A stretch of 64,000 nucleotides of DNA from an uncultured Planctomycetales bacterium (GTDB lineage Bacteria; Omnitrophota; Gorgyraeia; Gygaellales; Profunditerraquicolaceae). Below the pieces are notes generated by a model that saw nothing but the letters and a program-made list of their open reading frames with translations, was not told where the DNA came from and made no database searches. The translations under genes were made by a program, and so were the position numbers. The stretch is taken from assembly GCA_964579435.1 (NCBI GenBank), contig CAZOGI010000001.1:157907-221906 (forward strand), given 5' to 3'. Below are positions 45,256 to 59,200 of this stretch, in pieces (positions within the stretch are counted from its first letter, which is position 1; the number at the start of each line of letters is the position of its first letter).

Positions 45256-45393
45256 TTAAGCCGCCAGGCGCTTTCTGCCCTTTTTCCGACGACGGGCGAT
45301 CAATTGCCTCCCGGTGCGCGTGCTCATCCTCGCCCGAAAACCATGCTTGCGTTTTGCGACGATCTTGGTCGGCGTCTTCAGATTTTTTTTCAT
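45256..45393 (-). CDS. rpmH: 50S ribosomal protein L34
   Basis: Own translation: [45 protein letters not shown] (45 aa). The HGFRARM core is diagnostic. Not in the ORF track (below 60 aa); the overlapping track ORF 45053-45418 is a wrong-frame artefact. Confidence 0.8.
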   Translation of the reverse strand: MKKNLKTPTKIVAKRKHGFRARMSTRTGRQLIARRRKKGRKRLAA

Positions 45394-45419
45394 TTTGCTC
45401 TCCCTCGGTAAGTGGCAAC

Positions 45420-45688
45420 TCCGTCGAATTGGGATAAATTATAACACATTGTTATCTCAAGTCAACACTAAATGTTTCGACTCTAGAAAAATCTGCAAAG
45501 CAAAACCCCGATGGGATTTTCTCGGGCGGCGCAAAACACAGAAGGGACTGTCGTTTCAATTTTATGTTGACTTCCCGAAAAGGGGCTGTATAATAATCAA
45601 ACGATTTTAAAATACCTGTCCTTTTTAGCCTGACAAAATCTTTCCACAGAGTTATTCAGTTTGTTGATAAACTGTGGATTCTGTGCAC
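45420..45688. other. Putative oriC segment with dnaA promoter region: AT-rich stretch with degenerate DnaA boxes
   Basis: AT-rich 45425-45500 (gggataaattataacacattgttatctcaagtcaacactaaatg). Near-consensus DnaA boxes (TTATCCACA/TGTGGATAA): ttgttgataa (1 mismatch), tgtggattc, ctttccaca, tgggataaa, ttatctcaa. TATAAT at about 45590. The gene strand switch occurs here. Confidence 0.45.
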
Positions 45689-47038
45689 ATGAACACACAA
45701 GACCTTTCTCTTATATGGAATACCGTCCGGGATACGCTGCGGGAAAAGCTCGGCGAGACGGTCTTTGAAACCTGGATAGCGCCCCTCCAGTGCAAAAACC
45801 AGTCGAAAGAGACGGTAACCATTGAAGCCCCCGATATATTTTTCTGCGAATGGATAGAGAAACACTACAAACTTGCTCTTTCACAAGCCTTCGGAAGCGT
45901 CACCAAAAGCCAACCTTCGGTCCTCCTGGAGGTAAGCGGGCAGACGCCACGACCGACCATCCCAGCGCCGGAAACCGCGCCGGCACCTCCAGAGAGCGCC
46001 TTCGAGCCGCATGAACGCGCCGGGCTGAACCCCCGCTATACATTCGACAATTTCGTGATCGGACCTTCCAACCGCCATGCACACGCCTATTCCCTCGCCG
46101 TCGCCGAATCCCCGGCAAAGTCGTACAACCCCCTTTTCATCTACGGGGGAGTGGGGTTGGGCAAAACGCACCTGATGCAGGCGATCTGCCACCACATCCG
46201 GCAAAAAAACGGGCCGCAGACAAAGATCTGCTATACCTCATCGGAAAAATTCATGAATGAGTTGATTTTGGCGATCAAGGACCGCTCGACGCACGAGTTC
46301 CGGCAAAAGTATCGCGGCCTTGACGTGCTCGTGATCGACGACGTACATTTCTTTGCCGGCCGGGAGGCAACCCAGGAAGAGTTCTTTCACACCTTCAACG
46401 CGCTCTACGACGAACACAAACAGATCATCATGTCTTCCGACCGTCCACCCCGGGAAATCGCCAACTTACAGGATCGCCTGGTATCTCGTTTCGGTTGGGG
46501 GCTGGCCACGGATATCCAGCCGCCCGACATGGAAACGCGCGTGGCGATACTCAAGAAAAAGATCGAGCGCGAACCCGTCCAGGTCCCCGACGATGTTTTG
46601 TTCTTTATCGCTCAACTTATCCGCACCAATATCCGCGAACTGGAAGGTGCCCTGGTCCGTACGATCGCGTATGCGCTGCTCGAAGAAGAGCCGATCACGC
46701 TGGGGTTGGCAAAACATGTTTTAAAGGATCTCCTCAAAGAACCCAAAAAATTGATCACTGTCGACTTTATTCAACGCTGTGTCGCCGAAGAATTCGGGAT
46801 ATCTCTCTACGACCTCAAAACGAAGCGCCGCACCCGCACCATTGTATTGCCGCGACAGATCGCCATGTATTTGAGCCGGGAGTTGACCGATTTATCTTTT
46901 CCGGAAATTGGCGGTTTTTTTGGGGGGAAAGACCATACGACGGTTTTGCATGCGTGTAACAAAATCAAGGAAGTGGTACGTACGGATGAGGTTTTACAAA
47001 GGCAAATTGAACACATTATCACGGTTATTAAACAATGA
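45689..47038 (+). CDS. dnaA: Chromosomal replication initiator DnaA
   Basis: Walker A GGVGLGKTHL, box VII, C-terminal HTH (DHTTVLHA). The ATG at 45689 (MNTQDLSLIWN) is preferred over the GTG at 45674. Confidence 0.9.
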   Translation: MNTQDLSLIWNTVRDTLREKLGETVFETWIAPLQCKNQSKETVTIEAPDIFFCEWIEKHYKLALSQAFGSVTKSQPSVLLEVSGQTPRPTIPAPETAPAPPESAFEPHERAGLNPRYTFDNFVIGPSNRHAHAYSLAVAESPAKSYNPLFIYGGVGLGKTHLMQAICHHIRQKNGPQTKICYTSSEKFMNELILAIKDRSTHEFRQKYRGLDVLVIDDVHFFAGREATQEEFFHTFNALYDEHKQIIMSSDRPPREIANLQDRLVSRFGWGLATDIQPPDMETRVAILKKKIEREPVQVPDDVLFFIAQLIRTNIRELEGALVRTIAYALLEEEPITLGLAKHVLKDLLKEPKKLITVDFIQRCVAEEFGISLYDLKTKRRTRTIVLPRQIAMYLSRELTDLSFPEIGGFFGGKDHTTVLHACNKIKEVVRTDEVLQRQIEHIITVIKQ

Positions 47039-47185
47039 TTGCAGGGGGTATACACAGTCCTTTTTTGTGGTAACTTTTTTAATAGGTGTGAGATCGGAGG
47101 TTTTAAACAGGAATGTAACCGCATTACTATAATACGATTACTATTTTTTTAAAATTACTTATTAATAGTAGAAAAGGAGTGGTTG

Positions 47186-48277
47186 ATGAAAATTAAGGCG
47201 AACAAAGAACAATTACTAACCGGAATTCAAACGGTATTAAATGTCATCAGTCCAAAATCTGCTTTACCAATTCTTTCTAATATACTCTTGGAGACGCAAA
47301 CCGATACACTGCGTTTAACCGCCACAGATCTTGATATTGGTATAAGCTGTGAAATAGCGGTGAATAACCAGGAGTCAGGGTCAATAACCGTTCCGGCCAA
47401 GCGATTTTATGAAATTATCCGGGAGTTGCCTGCGGATGAGGCAGTTATTACCTCGAAAAAGAATAATCAGGTCCATATAGAAACGACGACCTGTCAATTT
47501 AAAATTATGGGCCTGGCGCGGGAAGAATTCCCCCGACTCCCGGAATTTAAAGACCGCAATGTTGTTTCTTTGGATCAGGATTTAATGAAACACATGCTTC
47601 ACCTGACCGCTTTTGCCGTATCAAACGATGAGTCGCGGTATATCCTCAATGGGATCTTGGTGCAACTTTCAAAAAACACCGTGAGTATGGTGGCAACCGA
47701 CGGAAAGCGGCTGGCGGTGATTGAGCAAAAGACAAAGAAGGGGAGCGAAAAACCCATTTCTTTTATCGTTCCCAGCAAAACCATTCAGGAGCTCAACCGT
47801 AATTTGGGTGACACCGGGGAGGTATCGTTTATTTTGGGGAACAACCAGGTGCTGTTCGACCTGGGCAAGGTGATCATTATTTCCCGCCTCATAGAAGGGG
47901 AATTCCCCGATTATAAACAGGTTATGCCGCCGGCATCGGAGCAGAAGATTAAGGTGGATCGCGAGGCGCTTCTCTTGGCGGTACGCCGCGCGGCGCTCTT
48001 GTCGACGGTCGATTACCAGGCGGTGAAGTGGGAGGTGTTCAAGAATAAACTGGTTATTTCCAAGTCGACCCCGGATATCGGGGAGTCGCGGGAAGAGTTG
48101 GCCGTCGACTATGCCGGGAAGGAGATGATCATCGGTTTTAATCCGAATTATCTGACCGATGTTTTGAAGAATCTGCAGCATCAACTCGTCGAATTCGAGG
48201 TGACGGACAGCGAAAAACCGGGCGTGGTGCGGACCGACGGGTATACGTATATCGTTCTACCGATGCGTCTCGGATAG
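47186..48277 (+). CDS. dnaN: DNA polymerase III beta sliding clamp
   Basis: MKIKANKEQLL...; three-domain clamp length. AGGAG at -9. The ATG at 47186 follows the track's TTG. Confidence 0.9.
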   Translation: MKIKANKEQLLTGIQTVLNVISPKSALPILSNILLETQTDTLRLTATDLDIGISCEIAVNNQESGSITVPAKRFYEIIRELPADEAVITSKKNNQVHIETTTCQFKIMGLAREEFPRLPEFKDRNVVSLDQDLMKHMLHLTAFAVSNDESRYILNGILVQLSKNTVSMVATDGKRLAVIEQKTKKGSEKPISFIVPSKTIQELNRNLGDTGEVSFILGNNQVLFDLGKVIIISRLIEGEFPDYKQVMPPASEQKIKVDREALLLAVRRAALLSTVDYQAVKWEVFKNKLVISKSTPDIGESREELAVDYAGKEMIIGFNPNYLTDVLKNLQHQLVEFEVTDSEKPGVVRTDGYTYIVLPMRLG

Positions 48278-48285
48278 GGCGTCGC

Positions 48286-51025
<2,740 letters not shown>

Positions 51026-51028
51026 CCC

Positions 51029-53461
51029 ATGTATACACGCAACGAGAAGACCGTTCCGGTTTATATCGAAGACGAGGTTAAGGATTCGTATTTGAATTAT
51101 GCCATGAGCGTCATCGTGGGGCGCGCATTGCCCGATGTACGCGACGGCCTCAAGCCGGTCCACCGCCGGATTCTCTTTGCGATGCAGGACCTGGGGCTGG
51201 AGCACTCCAAGCCCTACAAGAAATGCGCCCGCATCGTCGGTGAAGTGCTGGGCAAGTACCACCCGCACGGCGATGTTGCCGTGTACGATACCCTGGTGCG
51301 GCTCGCCCAGGATTTCTCCCTGCGCTATCCGCTCGTGGAAGGGCAGGGGAACTTCGGCTCACTCGACGGAGACGCGGCCGCGGCGATGCGCTATACCGAG
51401 GCGCGCCTGGCGGCGATCGCCGACGAAATGCTGGGGGATATCGATAAAGAGACGGTGAATTTCGGGCCGAACTTCGATGCCTCCCTGAAAGAGCCGCTCC
51501 TGCTTCCGGCCGCCCTGCCCAATCTCCTGGTCAACGGCTCCAGCGGTATTGCCGTCGGGATGGCCACCAACATCCCTCCCCACAACCTCAACGAAGTTGC
51601 GGAGGCGGTCGTCCATCTCCTGGACCATCCTGAAGCCGACGTCAAAGAGCTGATGCGTCTCCTTAAGGGGCCTGATTTTCCGACGGGCGGCATTATCTGC
51701 GGCAAGGAGGGTATCCGCGACGCCTACACCACCGGCAGGGGAAAGCTGACGGTCCGCGCGCGCGCGACGGTTGAGCATCAGAAGAACGGCAAAGACCTGA
51801 TCGTGGTCACCGAAATTCCGTACCAGGTTCAGAAGTCCTCGATCATCGAGGCGATCGCGCAACTGGTGGATGACAAGAAGGTCGAAGGCATATCCGACCT
51901 GCGGGATGAGTCGGATAAGGACGGCATGCGCATCGTCGTGGAGCTCAAGCGCGACGTCGACTCCCAAATCGTGCTCAACCAGCTTTTCAAGCACACCCAG
52001 CTGGAGACGACGTTCGGCATTATCCTCCTGGCGCTGGTCGATAACCGCCCGCGGGTGCTGACCGTGCGCCAGATCCTGGAGCATTATATCGCGCACCGCA
52101 AGGTCATTATCCGCCGGCGCACGCAGTTTGAGCTCGACAAGGCGCTGCGGCGAGCGCATATCTTGGAGGGTCTCAAGATCGCCCTTCAGTTTATCGACCG
52201 CATCATTAAGACGATCAAGACCTCCAAAAATACGGAAGAGGCGCGGGTGCGGCTGATGAAGGAGTTCGGGCTCTCCGAGATTCAAGCCCAGGCGATCCTG
52301 GAGATGCAATTGCAGCGTCTGACCGCGCTTGAGCGCGACAAAATAGACGCGGAGTACGCGGAACTCCTGAAGAAGATCGAGTGGTGCCGCGCGATTTTGG
52401 CTTCGGAGAAGCGGGTTGAGGGCATCATTAAGGAAGAGCTGGAGAATCTGAAGAAAAAGTACGGCGACCAGCGCCGCACCGACATCGTCGCAGCGGTGGC
52501 CGATCTGGAGATCGAGGATTTGATCGCCGAGGAAGACGTCGTCGTGACCATCAGCCACGGCGGCTACATCAAGCGCCTGCCGGTCAGTTCCTACCGCAAA
52601 CAGAAACGGGGCGGGCGGGGGGTGATGGGGGCAGAGGTGCGGGACGAGGATTTTGTCGAGCACCTGTTTGTGGCCTCGACCAAGGATTACCTGTTGATCT
52701 TTACCGACAAAGGCAAGGTGCATTGGCTGAAGGTGTACGAGATCCCCCAGGCGGCTCGCGCCTCCAAGGGCAAGGCGATCGTGAATCTGGTCGCCATGGA
52801 GGCCGGGGCCAAGATCAGCTCGACGATCCCGGTGAAGGAGTTCGCGCAAGACCGGTTTCTGGTCATGGTGACCCGTCAGGGGCTGGTCAAAAAGACGCAG
52901 TTGTCGGCGTACAGCAATCCCCGCAAAGGCGGGATCATCAGCATGACCCTGGAGGCGGATGACGAATTGATCGGCGTGCAGCTGACCGACGGCCAGCAGG
53001 AGCTTTTGATCGGGACCGCCCAGGGCAAGGCCATTCATTTCCCCGAGGCGAAGGTGCGCGATATGGGCCGCGGGGCACGCGGGGTGCGCGCGATTTCGCT
53101 GGAAAAGAAAGACGCGGTTATCGACCTGGTCCTGGCCCAGCCGCAGACGACGATCCTGACGGTGACCGATCTGGGGTTTGCCAAACGAACTCCCGTCGAG
53201 GAGTACCGGTTGACGAGCCGCGGCGGCAAGGGTATCATCAACCTGCGCGTGACCGATAAGAACGGGAACGCCGTAAGCCTCAAGACCGTCTCCGATAAAG
53301 ACGAGTTGATGGTCATCACCCAGAACGGTATTTTCCTGCGCTGTGCCGTCAAGGATATTCGAACCACCGGCCGTTCCTCGTTAGGGGTGCGCCTGATTAA
53401 GCTGCAAGACAAAGACCGCGTTTCCTGTATTGCGCCGGTTATCGCGGAAGACGAAGAATAG
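51029..53461 (+). CDS. gyrA: DNA gyrase subunit A
   Basis: Active-site Tyr region [24 protein letters not shown]-terminal beta-pinwheel repeats. 810 aa. Confidence 0.9.
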   Translation: MYTRNEKTVPVYIEDEVKDSYLNYAMSVIVGRALPDVRDGLKPVHRRILFAMQDLGLEHSKPYKKCARIVGEVLGKYHPHGDVAVYDTLVRLAQDFSLRYPLVEGQGNFGSLDGDAAAAMRYTEARLAAIADEMLGDIDKETVNFGPNFDASLKEPLLLPAALPNLLVNGSSGIAVGMATNIPPHNLNEVAEAVVHLLDHPEADVKELMRLLKGPDFPTGGIICGKEGIRDAYTTGRGKLTVRARATVEHQKNGKDLIVVTEIPYQVQKSSIIEAIAQLVDDKKVEGISDLRDESDKDGMRIVVELKRDVDSQIVLNQLFKHTQLETTFGIILLALVDNRPRVLTVRQILEHYIAHRKVIIRRRTQFELDKALRRAHILEGLKIALQFIDRIIKTIKTSKNTEEARVRLMKEFGLSEIQAQAILEMQLQRLTALERDKIDAEYAELLKKIEWCRAILASEKRVEGIIKEELENLKKKYGDQRRTDIVAAVADLEIEDLIAEEDVVVTISHGGYIKRLPVSSYRKQKRGGRGVMGAEVRDEDFVEHLFVASTKDYLLIFTDKGKVHWLKVYEIPQAARASKGKAIVNLVAMEAGAKISSTIPVKEFAQDRFLVMVTRQGLVKKTQLSAYSNPRKGGIISMTLEADDELIGVQLTDGQQELLIGTAQGKAIHFPEAKVRDMGRGARGVRAISLEKKDAVIDLVLAQPQTTILTVTDLGFAKRTPVEEYRLTSRGGKGIINLRVTDKNGNAVSLKTVSDKDELMVITQNGIFLRCAVKDIRTTGRSSLGVRLIKLQDKDRVSCIAPVIAEDEE

Positions 53462-53466
53462 ATCGC

Positions 53467-53541
53467 GTCCCCATCGTCTAGCCTGGTCTAGGACAAGAGC
53501 TTTTCAAGCTCTCGACCGGGGTTCAAATCCCCGTGGGGACA
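53467..53541 (+). tRNA. tRNA-Glu (anticodon TTC), no CCA encoded
   Basis: Manual fold: acceptor GTCCCCA/TGGGGAC, anticodon stem AGAGC/GCTCT with loop TTTTCAA, T-loop GGTTCAAATCC. Confidence 0.8.
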
Positions 53542-53590
53542 GGAATTGTTTTGCCGCCGGCCCGGCATTCTGGCCAAGAAAGGTGTTGGC

Positions 53591-55429
53591 GTGTGCGGAA
53601 TAATCGGATATAGCGGGAAACGCCCTGCTCAGCCGATACTCCTCAGCGGGCTGAAGCGGCTTGAATACCGCGGGTACGATTCAAGCGGCATGGCGCTGGT
53701 GACGCCGCTGCCGGCGCCGCACATCTGCATGCGCAAGGCCGCAGGTAAAATCGCCGCACTGGAAGAGGCGCTGCACAAAAAACCGCTCCACGGCACCGCC
53801 GGGATAGCCCACACCCGCTGGGCAACCCACGGTGCGCCGACGTACGCCAACGCCCATCCCCACGCCGATTGTTCCGGATCCCTCGCCCTGGTCCATAACG
53901 GCATCATCGAGAATCACGAAGAGCTGAAGGCGCGCCTGATCAAGGCCGGGCACCGTTTCACCAGCCAGACCGATACGGAAGTGATCGCGCATCTCATCGA
54001 ATCGTTCTACGCTCCCCGGGTCTGCCTCGCCGAGGCGGTACGCAAGGCAAGCCTGCTTTTGCACGGGTCGTTTGCCCTGGGGGTTATCTCGGCGCGCGAG
54101 CCCGGGGTTATCGTCGGGATGCGTGCGGGCAGTCCGTTGATCGTCGGCGTCGGCAAGGGGGAGAATTTTATCGCCTCCGACGTGCCGGCGGTGTTAGAGG
54201 CGACGCGGGAGATTATTTTTCTGGAAGAGAACGAATCGGTGGTCTTGACGGCTCAGGAGATCCGCATCTGCGAGCGCACGGGCAAACCGCTGCGTAAGCG
54301 CACGACCCGGATCGACTGGAACAGCGCGCAGGCCCAGAAGGGCGGGTACCGCCATTTCATGCTCAAGGAGATAAACGAGCAGCCCCGGATCCTTTCCGAT
54401 CTCATTCGCCTGCATTGCGCAAAACGCGGCGTTGTCTTTGAGCGGCTCAATATCGCCGAGTCGCGCTTGCGCTCGATCCGCTCAATTGCCATCGTTGCCT
54501 GCGGCACGGCGTATCATGCGGGTGTCGTCGGGAAGTATGCCCTCGAGTCGCTCTGTCGGCTGCCGACGGCGGTCGATGTATCGAGCGAGTTCCGCTATCG
54601 AACGCTCCTGATTGGCCCGCAGACACTCGTCCTGGCGGTCTCCCAGTCGGGAGAAACGGCTGATACGCTGGCGGGGGTCAGGGAGGCCAAGCGGCTCGGG
54701 GCGCCGGTTGTCGCCATCTGTAACGTCCTGGGCTCGACCCTGACGCGCGAAGCCGACGGGGTAATTTATACTCACGCCGGCCCCGAGATCGGCGTCGCAT
54801 CGACGAAGGCCTATACCGCTCAGCTTGTCGCGTTTTATCTGTTCACGCTCTACCTGGCGCACCTGCGCGGCGGCATGCGCGCTTCCCGGATGGCGCTGCT
54901 TTTGCAGAAGCTCCGGCAGATACCGGAGCTGCAGCGGCACATCCTTAAGGATCAGGAGCGCATCGCCCGCCTGGCGCGCAGCCATTCGCACTTCGGGTCA
55001 TTCCTTTTCCTGGGGCGCAACATCAATTTCCCCTCTGCCCTCGAGGGCGCCCTGAAGCTTAAGGAGATATCCTACATCCCCGCGGAAGGGTATGCGGCCG
55101 GGGAGATGAAGCACGGGCCGATCGCGCTGATTGACGAATACCGTGCCGTTGTCTGCATTGCCCCCGCAGCAGAAACGTACGAAAAGATGATCTCCAATAT
55201 CCAGGAAATTCGCAGCCGTAAAGGCAAGATCATTGCCATTGCCACTGCCCGCGACACGGCGATCACCGCCCTTACCGAGGAGATCATTTCCCTCCCCGCA
55301 ACCGAAGAGCTTTTTTCGCCGCTGCTGGTGGCGCTTCCGCTGCAGCTGTTGGCGTACCATATCGCCGTGAAGCGCGGCTGCGATGTCGACCAGCCGCGTA
55401 ATCTTGCCAAGTCAGTTACCGTCGAATAA
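53591..55429 (+). CDS. glmS: Glutamine--fructose-6-phosphate aminotransferase
   Basis: GTG start directly followed by the catalytic Cys (MCGIIGY). Two SIS domains. C-terminal ...AKSVTVE. Confidence 0.9.
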   Translation: MCGIIGYSGKRPAQPILLSGLKRLEYRGYDSSGMALVTPLPAPHICMRKAAGKIAALEEALHKKPLHGTAGIAHTRWATHGAPTYANAHPHADCSGSLALVHNGIIENHEELKARLIKAGHRFTSQTDTEVIAHLIESFYAPRVCLAEAVRKASLLLHGSFALGVISAREPGVIVGMRAGSPLIVGVGKGENFIASDVPAVLEATREIIFLEENESVVLTAQEIRICERTGKPLRKRTTRIDWNSAQAQKGGYRHFMLKEINEQPRILSDLIRLHCAKRGVVFERLNIAESRLRSIRSIAIVACGTAYHAGVVGKYALESLCRLPTAVDVSSEFRYRTLLIGPQTLVLAVSQSGETADTLAGVREAKRLGAPVVAICNVLGSTLTREADGVIYTHAGPEIGVASTKAYTAQLVAFYLFTLYLAHLRGGMRASRMALLLQKLRQIPELQRHILKDQERIARLARSHSHFGSFLFLGRNINFPSALEGALKLKEISYIPAEGYAAGEMKHGPIALIDEYRAVVCIAPAAETYEKMISNIQEIRSRKGKIIAIATARDTAITALTEEIISLPATEELFSPLLVALPLQLLAYHIAVKRGCDVDQPRNLAKSVTVE

Positions 55430-55440
55430 GGCCCGTCGAG

Positions 55441-56097
55441 ATGCTGTATATCGTCTCCACCCCCATAGGCAACCTGAAGGATCTTTCCCTGCGCGCGCAG
55501 TCGGTTTTGCGAGCGGTGTTCCTGATCGCCTGTGAGGATACCCGCCACAGCCGGATCCTGCTGGAGGAATACGGTATCACGACGCCGACGACGAGTTATT
55601 TTCAGCACAACCGTTTCTCCAAGGGCGCGTATCTGCTGGATCTCTTAAAAGGGGGGAAGGATATCGCCCTGATCGCAGACGCCGGTACCCCGGGGATTCT
55701 CGATCCCGGATACCATCTGATCAATCTGGCGATCGACGCAGGCATTCCGGTAACGGCGATCCCCGGGCCGGTGGCATTGATCTGCGCGCTCGTGCTCTCC
55801 GGAAAACCGGCGCACCGTTTCTTGTTTGAAGGGTTCCTGCCGGTCAAGCAGGCAGCGCGGCGCAACCGGCTGATCGCGCTCAAAGGCATGGATACCACCA
55901 TCGTCTGTTACGAATCCTGCCACCGGATCCTCAAGACCCTCGATGACCTGGCGGCGGTATTTCCCGACCGCACGCTCGTCCTCTGCCGCGAGCTCACCAA
56001 GAAGTTCGAGGAAGTGCTGCGCGCAAAACCGCAGGAACTTTCCCGCCTCCTTCGGGAACGGCCGCGCCCCAAGGGAGAGTTTGTTCTGGTCATTTAA
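55441..56097 (+). CDS. rsmI: 16S rRNA (cytidine1402-2'-O)-methyltransferase
   Basis: MLYIVSTPIGNLKDLSLRA..CEDTRHS...TPGISDPG-like tetrapyrrole-methylase fold motifs. 218 aa (short form). Confidence 0.8.
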   Translation: MLYIVSTPIGNLKDLSLRAQSVLRAVFLIACEDTRHSRILLEEYGITTPTTSYFQHNRFSKGAYLLDLLKGGKDIALIADAGTPGILDPGYHLINLAIDAGIPVTAIPGPVALICALVLSGKPAHRFLFEGFLPVKQAARRNRLIALKGMDTTIVCYESCHRILKTLDDLAAVFPDRTLVLCRELTKKFEEVLRAKPQELSRLLRERPRPKGEFVLVI

Positions 56098-56290
56098 GCG
56101 CCAGAAACCGTTTTCGTTTTGCCGCCGTCGAGCCCTTGCATTTGCGCCTTCCCCGAGATACATTTTAAGTGCCATTTATACGGGTTGTTTTAGACAATGA
56201 TTCCTTCCGGCGTGGAGGGCGCCGGAGGGGGAGCCGGTTTGTGCCGGATCTGCCTTATGCAAAGGGTCAGGTCCGGCTTTCTTTTTGCCT

Positions 56291-59200
56291 ATGCACACGA
56301 CCAGCGTGAAAAAGACAGCAACGTTCATCCTCGCAGGTATCCTGCTCTTTGCGCACTCCCTTGGTCCGCGCGCGCTCGAAGCGGCTGCTCTGTCTCCTGT
56401 GAGCGCCGAAACTGCCTGGTTGCCTCCAGGGAATGCCAGCGCCTCTTTGCGGGGACTTTCGTATGAGCAAGGGCAAAACTGCTTCCGTCTCCTGTTCGAG
56501 CGCGCCGCGATCGCGGGCATCGGCCCCGCTGAACTGGATTCCCTGACACGCCGGTTTCTGAATTATTTTTTCATCGCCCTGGCGCTTCCCGAAGAGTCGT
56601 TCTGGGTGAATCTGCGGCCGGATAAACCCGACGGCATTATCGATCCCGCGCTTGCGCAGACAGCGGTCGGCGCCATTCTCCTGGAGACCGACCTGTTGCT
56701 TAAACAGGATACTGCCCGCGCCACCGCGCCGGATACGGCATCGGGGAGGCTGTATTGGGAAAAGCTCTATCGCAAGGCGCAGGAGTTGTATGGTTCGGCG
56801 CAGGTCAGTATCCCCACGCTGTGCCGCCCTTGGATCGTGCCGGAGGAGATCGTCATGCGCATGACGGCGGGCAACGCGTACGTGTACAAGGCGACTTTGA
56901 AGGTGATGCTGGAGGAGGATTATATACAAGACACAAGTCACCTGTCACCAGACACCGGTGTGATGAGGCAGTATGCGTTCGCGGATGAGCGGGCGAAAGA
57001 GTTGAATGAGTACGCCGCACAACTGATGCGCGAACTGGTCGTGCCGGAGCTGACGCGCAAGGTGAACAACGGACGGGAGTACGCCGCCCTGCGGCAGGTC
57101 TATCAGGCGCTGATTCTGGCGCAGTGGTTCAAGCGGACGGTCCGTTCTGGCGGCGCGTTCGCGCCGCTGGTCAACGGCGGGGCCCCTTCGTCGTTGCGGC
57201 TGCGGTCGCCGCCGGATGTGCGCGGGTACTTCCGTGCGTACCAGCGGCTCGTCCGGCAGGGTGCGTATGATATGCGGGCCGGCGGTTATGCCGGGGGGGA
57301 GCGAGTGGCGCGCCGCTATTTTTCCGGGGGCATTGTCCTGCGCGCCGGACCCGCGATCGACGCGGGAGGCTTTTCCGGCACCAGCGCAACTTTTCCTCCC
57401 GCAGGAACCGCCGCCTTGACCGTCGAAGTGGAAGCGAGTATGTCCGCGCGGGAGGTCGGGCAACCGCAACGCATCGTTGCCGCTGTTGTCCAGCCGCAGG
57501 CCGATGCGGGGATAGCCAGCGACCACCATGCCGGCACGACGCGCGCGCAGCACCTGGCATTTCATCGCGGCGGAGATTTTGCCACGGTTTTGCGCTGGAT
57601 CGCACAAGAAGATCTGGGTCTGGTTGCCGGCAGCGACGGGTGGTTCGATCTGCGCCGGCGGTTACAGGAGGAGCCCCAGAGGCGCCTCGTTTTTGACGGT
57701 CTTGATCGGCGCGGGCAGAAACGGCATACCGAGCTGCGCCTGGAATCTGACGGCGCGCTGGTAGTGGTAGACAGCCGCCTGCGCAAGGACCATGCCGGGA
57801 GAGGCCAATTTGCAGTCTATGCGCGCAACGAAGGCAAGGTGGTGCATGAGCTCTCGGAGCTGCGGTCATGGGCGGCATATGCCCGGGATGAGCTGGGGAT
57901 CATCACTGCTGCCGAGATCAGGGACGGGAAGCTGGGGATACGGCTGCGCCGCTGGATGAACGGACTGGGCGAAGACGAAGCACGGGATTTTTCCGTCGGG
58001 TCGTTTGAGATCAGCCGCAGACAAAAGCGGATCCGGGAAAAAGCCGATACGTTCCATCGCGACGCGCTTATCGAAGAGTTCGTCTTTTGGGCAAAACGGC
58101 AGAGATTACTGGGCACGGCCCAGACGGCATGGGAGCAGCTCCAAGAGGTCTGCGCGCAGGCGGGCACGCGGCCGCAGGAGCTGTTCCGCAGGTACCGCGC
58201 GCAGGAAGGGGTTTTCGAAATCTCGCCCCTCATGCAGGCGCTCTTAACACAGACGGACTTGGCGAAGTACAACTTTTTCGGCCTCCTTTTTGTCACCCGC
58301 CAAAATCTGCTGTCGCCGCTTGCGGTGCGCATCGCCGCGAAAATGAGCACCTATCCTTTGGTCTATGATCCCGACGGGCTCATCGATATTGAGGTGCGCC
58401 TCGTGGAGTATCTGCGCGCGGCTTTGGCGGCAAACCAGGAGCTGTTGGGGCCAGAGGGGGTGCGGGAGTGTCTTGCCACCGCCGCTCCCGTGCTGAGCGG
58501 ATTCTATCCGCACATGCATCAGCATCCGCTGGCTTGGGTAAGCCGGTATACCCAGGCCGAAATGCGTATCCGCGTGCTGCTGGCGGTGCGTTCTCTTGAG
58601 GATCTGATTACGGACGGGCGGCTTCCCGAGGAGCTGATCGCTTATCTGCAGGAGATCGGCTCGCTTGATCCGCTCATCGCCTTGGCCGACGAAAAGCTCC
58701 TCGCCGATTTTGGGATGTCCCTCCCGGTCCGCATGCGCGCGTTGCGTCAGGAGTATCCGGATTTCGTGCGGCGGTACCGGCAGCGGCAGGCGCTGCTTCC
58801 GGAGCCGGAAGAGGCAGAGGAGGAATTTGATTTCATCATCGCTTCCTCTGGAGGCGCGCCGGAGGGGGAAGCCGCAGCATCAGCCGCTGCGCTGCGCAGC
58901 ATCCTTGCGCCGCATCTGCTGGTGCCCGTTGACCTGGAGTTGGTCCTGCAGGCTGTCGAGCGCTCTCCTCGCCGAGAGGCTGCGCTTCAGGCGGTCACCG
59001 TTCTGTGCCGGGAGTTCGTGCGCAATAAGGTTACCCCGATAGACAGCGCGTTGCTCTTGCGCAGCTGCGCCAAATCTTCCTCGTTGAGCGAGGCGGCGCG
59101 GCTCTTTGCCCAGCACCAGCGGTACCTGCGCGTACTGCGGCTGGACCCGCAGCAGCAGCCGGCGATCGTGCGCGCGATCGCCCTTTCGGCGCAACCGGCC

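Noticed and set aside
45383-45393. Suspected frameshift of rpmH in the poly-A run after the start codon
   Set aside because: On recount the run is 8 A's (gatttttttt on the plus strand), which keeps [12 protein letters not shown]...HGFRARM in frame. There is no frameshift.
45053-45418. 121-aa track ORF spanning rpmH and yidD
   Set aside because: Wrong frame. The same DNA encodes an intact L34 (HGFRARM motif) at 45256-45393 and YidD at 45040-45255 in other frames.
51359-53038. 559-aa minus-strand ORF antisense to gyrA
   Set aside because: gyrA is unambiguous on the plus strand.
56267-56941. 224-aa minus-strand ORF (MTCVLYIILLQHHLQ...) and its twin at 61904-62284 (MTCVSYIILLQHHLQ...)
   Set aside because: Their similarity is explained by the conserved 95-nt block of the sense-strand giant paralogs. 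They are antisense to strongly supported long ORFs and have no features of their own.
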